Positions 53,747-64,000 of a stretch of DNA of 64,000 nucleotides are shown here, piece by piece. The stretch comes from Naegleria gruberi. Its lineage: Eukaryota. The stretch lies in assembly GCA_000004985.1 (NCBI GenBank), contig GG738899.1. One strand, 5' to 3'. Below the pieces are notes generated by a model. That model did not search any database. It had not been told where the DNA came from and saw only the letters and a list, made by a program, of their open reading frames with translations. Each line of letters begins with the position of its first letter. Within the stretch, counting starts at the first letter, position 1. Both the position numbers and the translations under genes were made by a program.

Positions 53747-55181
53747 ATGATGAGAAGTTCCCTTGCCAAGTGTTCAAATAGGCTCCATAATGCCTTGAAA
53801 AAACAATCCGTTCCAATGAATTTTCTTCTTTCCGATAAAACAATATTGCCAAATGTCATTACTCAACAATTGACAAGAGAATACAATTCAAGATCAAATA
53901 TTTTGATGAATGAAAGTGCACTTCCAAAGGTTGAGAAACCATTGGCTGAAATACCATTGGAAGGAAAAACTGATTTGGAAATTAAAGATCCATCATTGAT
54001 CTTTGCTCGTGTGATCAAACATTTGGAAGATAAATTCGGAAGAAAGAGATTATACTTTCCAAAGGAAATTTATTGGCTAGTTGGAGCTCCAGGAGCGTAG
54101 GTTTAATTTTAATTCATTGTTGTGACCATTCATTATCTTTAGTGGAAAAGGAACAATGTTAAAATTTATTAATTCACAACGTGGTTTGACATCCAAGCCA
54201 ATTACTGTTAGTGATTTGTTGAATAGTGAGGAAATGAAAAAGATTAAAGATTCTGGAAGATTGATTAGTGATGCTCAAGTGATTGAAGCTGTTTTTACCA
54301 AATTGTTGGATCCAGAATATGAGAATGGTGTGATTGTGGATGGCTTTCCTCGTACTCCTGTTCAAGCTCAATGTATTGCCTTACTTTATGATTTAATGTT
54401 GCAATTTAGACATGAATTTCAATCAGACTCGGTTGTATCTCAAAAATTTAGAAGACCTAGCTTTAGACTTTGTGTCTTGTTTGTTGATGAAAAGATTTCA
54501 GTTGAAAGACAACTCAGTAGAGGAAGAAAAATTATTGAAATGAATAGAATTGCTACAGAAACTGGATATGGGAATCTTCAAGAAGTTAGAAGCACTGATG
54601 TTGATGATGACGCTGCCAAGCTCAGATACAAATACTTTAGAGACACCATTTATGAATCCATCAAGAGCTTGCAAGATAAATTCCCTTACAATTTCATTGA
54701 TGCTTCAGGATCAGTTGAAGACACTGCTGAAAATATTACCAAGGAATTGGCCTACCAATCCTCATTAGAATTGGGTAAAACTACTTTTGATTTAATTTCA
54801 TCCATTCCAACAGCTGATGAAATTACCATGCATGCCAGACAATTACTTGTTAGAAGACTTGATGGATACTCCTCTAGAAATGCTGAACTCTTCAAGAAAG
54901 TTCTCCAAGTCATCAAATCTGAATTTATACACATTCTCCAAAGACAAGCACTATCTGGAGTTGCAATTATTAGAAGTGAAAATCCTGTTTTCAAGGAAAA
55001 TCCACTTGCAGTTAATATTTTAATGGACGTACTAACTGAGAGAGGATTCCAAGTCATTCTCGATTATGAAAGAAAATTAGTACCATCAAGAGTTGATCCT
55101 TTTGATCACTCAATCATTCACGAACCTGTTCGAATTTTCCACTTTGAAATTCAATTTGAAAAACCAAGAATTAGAGAATAA
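53747..55181 (+). CDS. Adenylate-kinase-domain protein with a C-terminal extension, 462 aa. Exons 53747-54096 and 54143-55181, intron about 54097-54142.
   Basis: A 46-nt intron (GTAGGT…CTTTAG) reconstitutes the AK P-loop WLVGAPGAGKGT across the junction. AK core motifs VIVDGFPRTPVQAQ and LID-region RGR are present. Total is 463 codons. The additional 150-aa helical C-terminus is reminiscent of flagellar/long AK isoforms. Confidence 0.75.
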
Positions 55182-55542
55182 TCTTGTATTTAATATTGTA
55201 TTATAGGGCTATTTGAATAAACAGATAGGGTCTCCTTTTGCCATTCGTTGACATTAAACGATACTAATCGATTATTTCATCATGATTTTGTACTACTTAG
55301 ACCCTTTTTGGTTTTTTGTAATTTTGGATGCCAGAAATTTGACGAAGTACAAAAAAATTTGATGGTGCTGGGAAACAACTAAAAATAATTTCCAGCAAAA
55401 ACAATCGTGAAAAAAAATTGAATTAACATCACACCCTCTTACTCTGCCCAAAAGAAAAACTGGGCATAAATCTAGGCTTGATTGAAACTCTTTCGGAACA
55501 AGATCAAACTCTATTGTATTATTATTCACTTTACAACATATC

Positions 55543-56187
55543 ATGAACCCATATAACAATTTTCAAACTTCATATTTTCAGTCGGATTTCCATCCTGACA
55601 ATTATAATAATAGTGGTGAAAATCCTAAACGGAAACGAGATGAATACGAATCATATAAATTCATTGATGATGAAGAGCAAATATCATCAGATAGTGAAGA
55701 AGATGAAGAATTGCAATTAATGCAAGGATATCAACCTGATAGAAAACGAACAAAAAGTTCAACATCAACCATTCCCTCTACCAACCTCCACAATAACCTT
55801 TCCCTCCAATCACCACAACAACACTTTTTAAATAATAATAATAACATTCATCACCACAACAATGAGAGTGGATCTATTGTTGAAAACAATCAAGAAGATG
55901 TTATTGATGGTGATTGTATGATGGACGATGAAGAAAGTTACCTTCAACAAGAAGAACCAAGCCTTTTTGTTCCACCTAACTTGCAAAATGATCCCTACTC
56001 AATCCAACAGTTCGAATACAAGAGAAGACAAGTGTATAATCATTACCGAATAGAGAAAGAACGAAAGATGGAAGAGATAGAATTGAAACAATCTATGAAA
56101 CAAGGAGAAACAAACTTTAGATTGAATCCAATACTTCGATATTTACACAATGAAAGGAAAAACAGAATAAATAGCCCGTTTGAATAA
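55543..56187 (+). CDS. Hypothetical acidic low-complexity protein (214 aa).
   Basis: ATG ORF with acidic Ser/Glu tracts (SDSEEDEELQ) and a basic/helical C-terminus (…FEYKRRQVYNHYRIEKERKMEEIELKQ…). No domain recognised. Confidence 0.4.
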   Translation: MNPYNNFQTSYFQSDFHPDNYNNSGENPKRKRDEYESYKFIDDEEQISSDSEEDEELQLMQGYQPDRKRTKSSTSTIPSTNLHNNLSLQSPQQHFLNNNNNIHHHNNESGSIVENNQEDVIDGDCMMDDEESYLQQEEPSLFVPPNLQNDPYSIQQFEYKRRQVYNHYRIEKERKMEEIELKQSMKQGETNFRLNPILRYLHNERKNRINSPFE

Positions 56188-56856
56188 TATAATTTACCCT
56201 TTAATTCAAATAGGTAACAAAGTGGGTCCAATTTGATTTTTCCCTTCCGTGAACTAGTTGTACTCCACAAATTAATAACATAATTTGTATTGTAGAAAAT
56301 TAGGATCAAGTTTATAAAATCGTCTCTTGACTCGTTTATGGTCTTTCCAAAACTTCCATATGATGCTTGGTGGCACTACCCCAAATGAGGAGAGTAGAAT
56401 AGACGAGGAAAGCTGGACCAGCATCAATCAACAATCTTCTACCTCTGACCCAGAGTCTCTTTGGCATTCCGTCAAAGAAGTGCTTGAAAACGTGTTGGTG
56501 GTTTGGTGAAACGTGTCTGTGGACTCTTCCCTTCAACATCTAAACAATCCATAGTAGTAAAATTATTAATATTATTCCGCAATTTGTTGTTGGAAAATTA
56601 TTGTTGTTGATATTGTTGTTGTTAACAATCAGTTATTATTATTAATAGTAAAATGATGAAGTAAATATATTAATTCATATTGATATCAATTATCCAATAA
56701 CACAAAGCAGAGAGAGTAAAAATTTGGTCAGATAGCGTCAGATGGGGATGTTGCGAAAAATAAGACGTACCTTTGTTGTTTTATTATTTTTTAAGGATTT
56801 TACAATAAATTCTCCAAACAGCAAACAACCAAGCAAATGCCTCTTTTGAAATAAAA

Positions 56857-57266
56857 ATGGTTCGTATGGGAGAAAGAGCATCTCGCTTCACAATTCTTGT
56901 GATGTTTTCGAGTATGCTTGTTGCTAATTTATTTGTAATGGGAAAAGCTATTAGTGGAGAACCTATTCGTATGTAGATTTTTATGAAAATAGTAGTTTTA
57001 ATTATTTTCTAAATCAATTTATTGATGACAATATATTTGTAGGTATCAAAGGCTTTGAAACAAAAGAAGAAGGAAGAAGAACACTTTCCAGATTGTATGA
57101 AATTGATAGTTATGATAAATTAAAACAAGAATTTCTTGACTCATTCAAACCATCAACAAAATCGGAAGAGGAAATTCAAAGAGAAATTGAAGTTATCAGT
57201 GAAAAGGAATCAGCAACTAAAATTAAAGAGGATGATGAAACATTCTACGTTAAAATTAAGAAATAA
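56857..57266 (+). CDS. Small secreted or signal-anchored protein of about 111 aa. Exons 56857-56968 and 57043-57266, intron about 56969-57042.
   Basis: MVRMGERASRFTILVMFSSMLVANLFVMGKAISGEPIR|IKGFETKEEGRRTLSRLYEIDSYDKLKQEFLDSF…ETFYVKIKK. A 74-nt intron (GTATGT…TTTGTAG) joins in frame, for 112 codons. It is not in the ORF track because both exons are under 60 aa. Confidence 0.45.
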
Positions 57267-57858
57267 TTTTATACAAATTGATTGGGCATGAATAACAGTG
57301 GAAGACAATTGTTACAAACCTTTATGAAAAGGAACAATTATTTTAATTATTTGTTGATAGGAGTTATTTCATTCACTGACGAAATGTTCTTATGGAAATC
57401 ATCAAGTTTTTTACTCATTGGAGAAATAAAAGAGAATATTGATAGCAAATTCATTTCCGTGCTACTCTTCAAGTATTGTAAACGATATCTTCAACAATGT
57501 GTTATCATTATAATATATTAATTATTATCATCTTCCCACCTATTGATATATTATAAAACTGTGTGAGTTTTAAGATTTCAATGTAAATCCAAAATATTTG
57601 TTTTAAGGGCTTCAACACCTATGGTCATCAACTTGTTTTTGAACTTCCATAGTTTCATAGAGTTCTAGTCTATGATTGAAGAATAAGCACTTCTTGCCCA
57701 CAGTTGAACTACTGGCCGTATTATGCAAACACCGAACGGAAAGGAAATCGAACGCATTAATTAAGCAGCTCAAAAAACATTCAATTTCATGTAATCATCA
57801 TCCTCGCTACTCGATGCTTTATATCTTTTCACAAACAAAAAAAACATTCAAATTCATA

Positions 57859-59402
57859 ATGACCCATCCAATGAATAATTCTCATGAAGAACATCTCCCT
57901 CATGGTGAGGAGAGGGATGAGGATGCAATTTTCACAACATTGGAGTGTGATGAAATTATCACAGCCAACCATAAAGATAAATATCACACCAATAGACTCT
58001 GTTGGAATAGAGCAATTAATGCATTTCCGAGAGTTATTACCTACTGTAAAACTGTTGAACATGTTCGTAAGTGCATTGCTTTTGCAAGAGAGCATGCATT
58101 ACCAATCAGAATTAGGTCTGGGGCTCACAGTTATGAGGGATTTTCAACGGGAGATGAGGTCATGATCATTGATGTGAGTCGTATGAAAAGTATTGAACTC
58201 GATATGCAAAAGTTGGAGGCAAGAATTGGTGCAGGTGTTCAAAATATTGAAATATTCACAGCACTCAAAGATAAAGGACTGATTGCTGTTGGTGGGGCAT
58301 GTCCAACTGTGGGTGTTTGTGGCTTTGTTATGGGTAAGTGTTTATTAGTAGTCACTTGTTTACTAATGTAACATTGTACATGCAATTATCAATCTATTGA
58401 AATAATGAAGGTGGTGGTTGGTCCTTCTCTTCAAGATACTTTGGTCTTGGGTGTGACAGTGTTATCGAGTTTGAAATTGTTGACTATGAAGGGAATTTAT
58501 TAACAGTCAACTCTGAATCCCATCCAGAATTGTTTTGGGCATGTAGGGGAGCAGGTGCTGGAAATTTTGGAATTTGTGTCTCAATGAAACTGAAAGTTTA
58601 CAATACATTTGATAGAGCAACACTGATTACCTTAAATTATCCAAATTGTTGCGAGAAGAAAATTGTTTCGAAAATTAAGGCATGGCAAAACTTTTTCAAA
58701 ACTTGTGATTTGAGATTTAATGGGAAAATTAATATTTATAATTGTTCAAAGGATGGAATTGGATTTAACTTTCTGATAGTGTTTTATGGAGGTGCAGATG
58801 AGGCCCACTCGTTGCTTCAACCATTACTGAATGATTGCTGTCCAGAGTATGAACCTTCGATAACAGCAGTGAAATATCCAGATTCATCCATTGATTTATC
58901 AATGCAAGAGTCATCAGTTTATAATACCTTAAAGACGATATGTGATATTCATCCAGATTATGAGAGTTTTAAATCAACAGGAGGATTTATGAGTAGAGAT
59001 TTAGAGACAGAAGAAATTCAAAATCTAATTGAGATTGTGAAAAGGAAAGCAACTGGGTGTACATATACAGCATTTTCTATTTATGGTTTGGAAGGAAATA
59101 TTCGAAAAGTTCCTCATGATTCGACAGCATTCCCATATAGGCAAGCTCAACAAATGATTGGACTCCAAACACAATGGGAGGATGAGCAATATGCAAAGGA
59201 GAATAAGGAATGGCTTGTTGATACAATTTTTAAACATATTCTACCAATAACTGATGGATTTTTTACAAACTTTCCCTTAATTGAATTGAAGGATTATAGA
59301 AAACAGTATTATGGAAGAGAAGAGTGGAGACAAGAGAAACTCTCAAAAGTTAAATATCAATATGATCCATTAAGAATTTTCTCTCATTCTCAAGGAGTGT
59401 AG
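57859..59402 (+). CDS. FAD-linked oxidoreductase, berberine-bridge-enzyme-like, 488 aa. Exons 57859-58333 and 58411-59402, intron about 58334-58410.
   Basis: FAD-binding PCMH-type region (…VEHVRKCIAFAREHALPIRIRSGAHSYEGFS…IDVSRMKSIELD…ARIGAGVQNIEIF…LIAVGGACPTVGVCGFVMG|GGGWSF…). C-terminal BBE-like domain (…EWRQEKLSKVKYQYDPLRIFSHSQG). A 77-nt intron (GTAAGT…ATGAAG) joins in frame, for 489 codons. Confidence 0.8.
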
Positions 59403-59586
59403 AACCTATAAAGAGCTAGCCCTTCTTTCACAACTAGAAATATTTGGTTTAATTGCACAACAGACTGACTTATTGAAAATGAATTAAATATAATCTCTTT
59501 AATTTTGATTTTGTCTTTTGTTATTCAATTCGAAATTTATTTAAATCTAATAGTTGATGTGAATGATCTCCGTAATATGTTGCTTG

Positions 59587-60096
59587 TTACAAGACATACA
59601 TGCAAATGATTGTATAAATACCCAAACTAACAGTACTCAATAATCCCCAAAACCAAACCAATGTTCTCCAAGGTTGTAAATTGAACCAATACATGAAAAA
59701 GTAGACCATTCTGGAAAGGGTAAAGCTTGCCATCAGAATATTCCCCACAATGGCATTCCACAAGGAATATTGAGGATCAGTAGTTGAGTTATAGCTCATT
59801 GTTGAGACAATAACATATGGAATTGCAATCATGATGAATGGCAAAACATTTTCAATATCATTTCTGTGAATGTTGCCAGCTAATTCAGCACGAGAGGCCC
59901 ATGAGGAAGGTTTCTGATCTTCGAGAGAGGAATCACTATTGTTAACTCCTTGCTTTTGTTTCTTTTTGGTGGCCATGGTATCAATCATTTTAGAAACACC
60001 TGTAATTTGAGCAGCAATGAATACACGAAACATTAGGAGAAAGACGTTATAGACGAATCCTTGAAGGACAGCATTGTAGAGAATGAGTGGTTGCAT
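59587..60096 (-). CDS. MAPEG family / microsomal glutathione S-transferase (MGST1-like), 169 aa.
   Basis: RAELAGNIHRNDIENVLPFIMIAIPY…PQYSLWNAIVGNILMASFTLSRMVYFFMY aligns with the MGST1 core (ERVRRAHLNDLENIxPF…). Four TM helices. Confidence 0.8.
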   Translation of the reverse strand: MQPLILYNAVLQGFVYNVFLLMFRVFIAAQITGVSKMIDTMATKKKQKQGVNNSDSSLEDQKPSSWASRAELAGNIHRNDIENVLPFIMIAIPYVIVSTMSYNSTTDPQYSLWNAIVGNILMASFTLSRMVYFFMYWFNLQPWRTLVWFWGLLSTVSLGIYTIICMYVL

Positions 60097-60455
60097 TTTG
60101 TTTGTTCTTTCACACCAGACTGTCTCGTTGAGCTATTTGAACTGTTTTGAATAAGTGTCAGCAAAAACAACATACATCCTCCCGCCCGTAGATCTTTAAA
60201 TGGAGGCGGGGTCTTTATTGAATTAGTGCGGCCAATAAGAACGTCCACAGTTCTGAGAACTATGCCTATTGGTATTTGTAACAATGTGCATTTCCTTTAT
60301 GAAGATGATGTTAATTTGTTTGAATGAGCAATCTTTAAAAAACCCACTCCAATTAATAATACAAAGCACTGCTCAAGAGTGTAGCATATCGATATGCTTC
60401 ACATGGTACTAACAGAATTGATCAAGTTGATATCTGGCATTTTATGATAATAGAT

Positions 60456-60573
60456 GGCTACGGCCATATCACGATGAATGCACCTCATCCCGTCCGATTT
60501 GAGAAGTTAAGCATCGTCGAGCCACATCAGTACTGAGGTTGGAGACAACTTGGGAACCTGTGGTGCTGTAGTC
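60456..60573 (+). rRNA. 5S rRNA gene, copy 2 (118 nt), followed by a T5 terminator.
   Basis: GGCTACGGCCATATCACGATGAATGCACCTCATCCCGTCCGATTTGAGAAGTTAAGCATCGTCGAGCCACATCAGTACTGAGGTTGGAGACAACTTGGGAACCTGTGGTGCTGTAGTC. Upstream element TTTTATGATAATAGAT|GG. Confidence 0.9.
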
Positions 60574-61188
60574 TTTTTAATTTCGATTTAATTTATGTGT
60601 TGTTATCTTATTGTTTTTACAACTTTAAATATTGAAATGTAGAGATATTGAAAATGGAAATGTACAAATATGTGAAGAAAATTAAATACAAATCATTTGA
60701 CAATTTAAAGAACTTTATTGAAAAACTTGTAAAATTCAATCTTATCCAAATTGTTTGGGTTGTTGTTTACTATTAGGGAGACTCTTTTAACTGCTGTGGA
60801 TTCACATTACTGCAAATACTTGGTTACAATCAGGGATTACCTCACTCTACATTAATTATCAACCCTCTCGCCACTCTTTCTAGAACGATTTGATTGGACA
60901 AGAGGGCTCAATGAATCTATTAATATACTCGACTGAAGATTCATTGTAGTAGGTTTCTTTTTTTTTAATTGAACAAGAGACAATTTTCACATTCAAGCCA
61001 GCTCACTTTCTATTTATATTTTAGGAAATGCCACTTTCAACTTTTGAAGCAAACATTCATGAATGTAATTTTCATTTGATCAACAAGTTCATAGGAAGGA
61101 TCAATATCAGTTATATCTGTCTTTGTAAAAGAATAAGGAAGTATATTAATTGTACAATGTTCTATTTATTTTTATTTTTATAATGAAT

Positions 61189-61240
61189 GGCTACGGCCAT
61201 AGCAAGATGAAAGCACATCATCTCAATTAGGAACCTATCT
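61189..61240 (+). pseudogene. Internally deleted 5S rRNA-derived copy (about 52 nt), with the upstream promoter-like element and T-run retained.
   Basis: GGCTACGGCCATAGCAAGATGAAAGCACATCATC…TCAATTAGGAACCTATCTTTTTG is 5S positions 1 to about 35 fused to the 3' terminus. About 65 nt including the internal A/C-box region are missing. Upstream is TTTTTATAATGAAT|GG. Confidence 0.6.
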
Positions 61241-61857
61241 TTTTGCCTTATTGATTTTTCAACCTGGGTAAGTTGGCCTAGTTGTCCACTTCCATTTCAC
61301 AGATTATTATAGTATTTGTGCAAAGAATGAGGAAATTCTCCACTTTATTAGTTGTTTCTTACAACTTTCAGGAGGAAGTTCTTAAAAATTGTGAGCTGAT
61401 CTTGAAGCCATGATGGAAATTGCTCTTCCACCTCAATAATTAATCAAGTCAACATTCAATTATTTTCTTGAATCGAAATTTATATTTTTCACACATAAAA
61501 GTACCACAATTTTTTAACCTCACTTTTCACACATTCAAAACCAATATCATAAACCTCACAAATCAAACTTGATAAAGCCATTGACTGTACTTCTACAGGA
61601 TCTTTTCTGTAGGAATACATAAACTCGACTTTTTTGAGTCAATCTGACCTTTGAGGTTAACCAAGATGAAGACTCTGTAGTCACATATCTTGAGCATGAT
61701 ATCGAACTGGAAACATGCTTCGCTGTAGGTTTCCTCGTTCATAGATGATTGCTGCATTCCTTACCAGCCATGGTTTGTGAATGGGGGATTTGTGAACATG
61801 CAGATTGGTACCTTAATTTTTTTAATAATTAATAGAAACTTAAACAATTTCAACGTC

Positions 61858-61899
61858 CTATGGCAGCATTTCAAGTTCTAGGAACCTATGTTTCTTTTG
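61858..61899 (+). pseudogene. Second, more diverged 5S-derived fragment sharing the same deletion junction.
   Basis: CTATGGCAGCATTTCAAGTTCTAGGAACCTATGTTTCTTTTG shares the CTAyGGC…AGCA…TAGGAACCTAT-TTTCTTTTG junction with the 61189 copy, where the intact gene reads GGGAACCTGTGGTGCTGTAGTC. Same orientation. Confidence 0.4.
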
Positions 61900-62738
61900 T
61901 TGCTTTGCACTTATCAACCAAGATCTATTTGGAACTTTCTTTGCATTAATAGGTACAAAGTGAAAGTCGCCTTAAAAAACTGACTAATAACATCATAAAA
62001 TTAGATTTAGAACAGACAATTACTGAAATTGTAAAACATTGAAAGTTTAATGATTGTTTGTAGGGTTGTATGCAACATTTCTTCTCCAGTATGAACGTTT
62101 CCTCTCAACCAAATATTTGGAGAATGAAACACAATGACCTTGTTTTACATGATGTTCAAAATCATTGTCACTAATTACTTCATAAACATTTTCTTTACAA
62201 ACAGCACAAAACGAAACTCCGTACGAAACCTCAATAAATTGTCTAAGGGAAATGAAAGAGTTCTTCACTATCTTGGCCAACAGATTGAAAAAACTCCCAA
62301 ACTTTAATTGAAACTTCCATTTCAGAGTTGGCTCTATTTTTAAAGAAAGAATTATACCATAATGAAATGAATGTTTTCAACAATCTGAAGCTAAGAGAGA
62401 TTGCAAACCAATACTGATTTTGAGGCATGTGTAATTCTAACATCACTATCAGCTCGTATTCTACCACTAAACCATCGACGCTTCTTATTAGTCTATCAAA
62501 TATTATAATAATAGATAGTGTGATTTAATAAACTGTCATCAATGAAGTGTTGGTGGCGAAACTCCACCCATGCCTTTTTTACCTCCTGTTAAAATTACAT
62601 TAAGAATTTGAATGGAACATCATAAGTTTTATCTGGTTCAAAACCATCAATTTTCGAATGGTGTTTTAGTACTCACTCACAAATTAAACTATAACAAATT
62701 AAGAGATAGCTCATTATCTTAATTTTGATATTAACAAT

Positions 62739-62856
62739 GGCTACGGCCATATCACGATGAATGCACCTCATCCCGTCCGATTTGAGAAGGTAAGCATCGT
62801 CGAGCCACATCAGTACTGAGGTTGGAGACAACTTGGGAACCTGTGGTGCTGTAGTC
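62739..62856 (+). rRNA. 5S rRNA gene, copy 3 (118 nt), followed by a T5 terminator.
   Basis: Identical to copy 2 except one substitution (GAGAAGgTAAGC). Upstream element TTTTGATATTAACAAT|GG. Confidence 0.9.
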
Positions 62857-62892
62857 TTTTTAATTCAAAATATCAAAGTAAAATGAAATTTT

Positions 62893-63836
62893 TTATTTTA
62901 AATATAAATTGGATGTATTAAATAAACATTTACAATTTAATTCTAATTTATCAAATTTATATTGTTCAAGTACAGTGGTATCAAATTGTAATTCTTGTAA
63001 AATCAAACATTCAACAGTTAATTCATTTAAATTTAAAGGAATATTTAATTTTTTTAAATCATATTCAATAATTGTTAATTTTTTTAAATTACATAAATTA
63101 TTTAAATTAACTATTGTAGTTCCTAATTCTTCTAAATGTAATATTTCTAAATTAATCATATTATTTATAATATTAATTTCAGTTAAATAACATCCAGTTA
63201 AAGATAATTCAGTTAAATTTAATTTTGAAATTGCATTTAAAAAATTAAAATAATTTAATTGTTCTAATTCTGATTTAAATATTAAACTTTTTAAATTATT
63301 TAAATGAATAATACCTTCACCATTTAATTCTGTATCTGTAAATGATAATTTTGTTAATTTGGTTAAATATTTTAAATTAATTTCATTTTCAATTTCATTA
63401 CAATATAATTCTTTTAAATTATTTAATTTAGATAATAGAATAATATCCAATTCATTTAAATTAATTGATAAATGTAAAATTGATAAATTATTTAAATTAT
63501 TTAAATATGGTAATACTAAAATGTTTAAATAATAGAAGAAACCCTTAACATACCTTTTATATCACCTTTTAATTCATATATAGAATTAATGTAATTATTA
63601 TTTTCACAAAATTTAATAAAACTATTAATGTATTTAAATCTGCTATTATATTTGATATTAATAATTGATTTGTAATTTAATTTATTACAAATAATAACAT
63701 TCCATTCTTTTGATATTATTCTTAAATATTTACAACAATATTCAAAGGTAAAATATTTAAATAAATGTTCTATCAATATTTCCGATGGAATGTTCGGTGA
63801 GGAGGAATAATTAATCATATGAACTGAGGATGACAT
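62893..63836 (-). CDS. F-box / leucine-rich-repeat protein, 301 aa, extremely AT-rich. Exons 63554-63836 and 62893-63515, intron about 63516-63553.
   Basis: Exon 1 is MSSSVHMINYSSSPNIPSEILIEHLFKYF…, an F-box-like N-terminus. A 38-nt intron (GTATGT…TTTTAG, phase 1) joins to an LRR body (…LNNLNNLSILHLSINLNELDIILLSKLNNLKELYCNEIENEINLKYLTKL…LNLTELSLTGC…). Total is 302 codons. Coding GC is about 15-20% with nearly all third positions A/T, unlike every other gene in the window. Confidence 0.6.
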
Positions 63837-64000
63837 TTTTTTTAATAATGAAAAACAATTGATTGGAAATTCACATCAATTCCAGAATTACAGAAAAACC
63901 AGAAACATTTCGAACAAAAACCGAACACATGATGATTGTGGAATTACTTTATATGATTTCCCTCCCTTCTTCCTGTTAGATTGTTTAATTGTGTAGTGGA

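Noticed and set aside
60033-60284. 83-aa minus ORF overlapping the MAPEG gene start.
   Set aside because: It is an out-of-frame overlap with the well-supported MAPEG N-terminus and runs into the 5S upstream region. No coding features.
62047-62467. Two short minus-strand ORFs (77 and 74 aa) between the degenerate 5S copies and 5S copy 3, one with a Cys/His pattern (CAVCKEN…FEHHVKQGHC).
   Set aside because: Could be exons of a small zinc-binding protein. I could not build a frame-consistent splice model or find an ATG. Too weak to call.

Overview
This window is eukaryotic nuclear DNA from an AT-rich protist, about 33% GC overall. The sequence looks amoebozoan- or heterolobosean-like: short GTAAGT/GTATGT…YAG introns of 38–77 nt, homopolymeric amino-acid runs, and a 5S rRNA with a dictyostelid-like GGTTGGAGACAAC core. 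There is no prokaryotic operon, CRISPR array or obvious transposon.

I resolve about 35 protein-coding genes, roughly one per 1.8 kb, and 13 of them have hand-built exon models. There are also two tRNA genes, three intact 5S rRNA genes and two 5S-derived degenerate copies.

**Recognisable genes:**
- SRP54 (partial, at the window edge).
- A HemN/RSAD1-like radical-SAM protein.
- A tandem kinase–pseudokinase.
- An RCC1-repeat protein with five exons.
- NF-YA/HAP2.
- A double-RING RNF32-like protein.
- p47/NSFL1C (UBA–SEP–UBX).
- A Kelch protein.
- A divergent actin / Arp1-like protein.
- An adenylate-kinase-domain protein.
- A BBE-like FAD oxidase.
- A MAPEG/MGST.
- Three F-box proteins.

**Most interesting:**
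1. Three paralogous 7TM–RGS receptor genes lie in the window. Two carry adhesion-GPCR-like ectodomains with a GAIN/GPS motif: one is B-lectin+EGF, the other NHL-propeller+EGF. Each would be a self-contained receptor plus GTPase-activating module with an unusual domain combination.
2. A 5.3-kb intronless gene of about 45 tandem DUF4116-type repeats is bracketed by two co-oriented tRNA genes (Arg-TCT upstream, Asn-GTT downstream).
3. 5S rRNA genes are dispersed on the plus strand and share a conserved upstream element (TTTTnTGATAnT…AAT|GG). A quasi-periodic cluster at 60.4–62.9 kb holds two intact copies flanking two truncated copies that share the same internal-deletion junction.
4. The F-box/LRR gene at 62.9–63.8 kb is an extreme compositional outlier, about 15–20% GC against about 35% for every other gene.
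5. A secreted polyprotein of cationic amphipathic helices looks antimicrobial-peptide-like.
6. A single in-frame TAA separates a 50-codon upstream ORF from the RCC1 gene's main reading frame.

All coordinates are anchored to the supplied ORF track. Exon models were checked for frame consistency: each total CDS length is divisible by 3. Intron ends are accurate to about ±1–2 nt.
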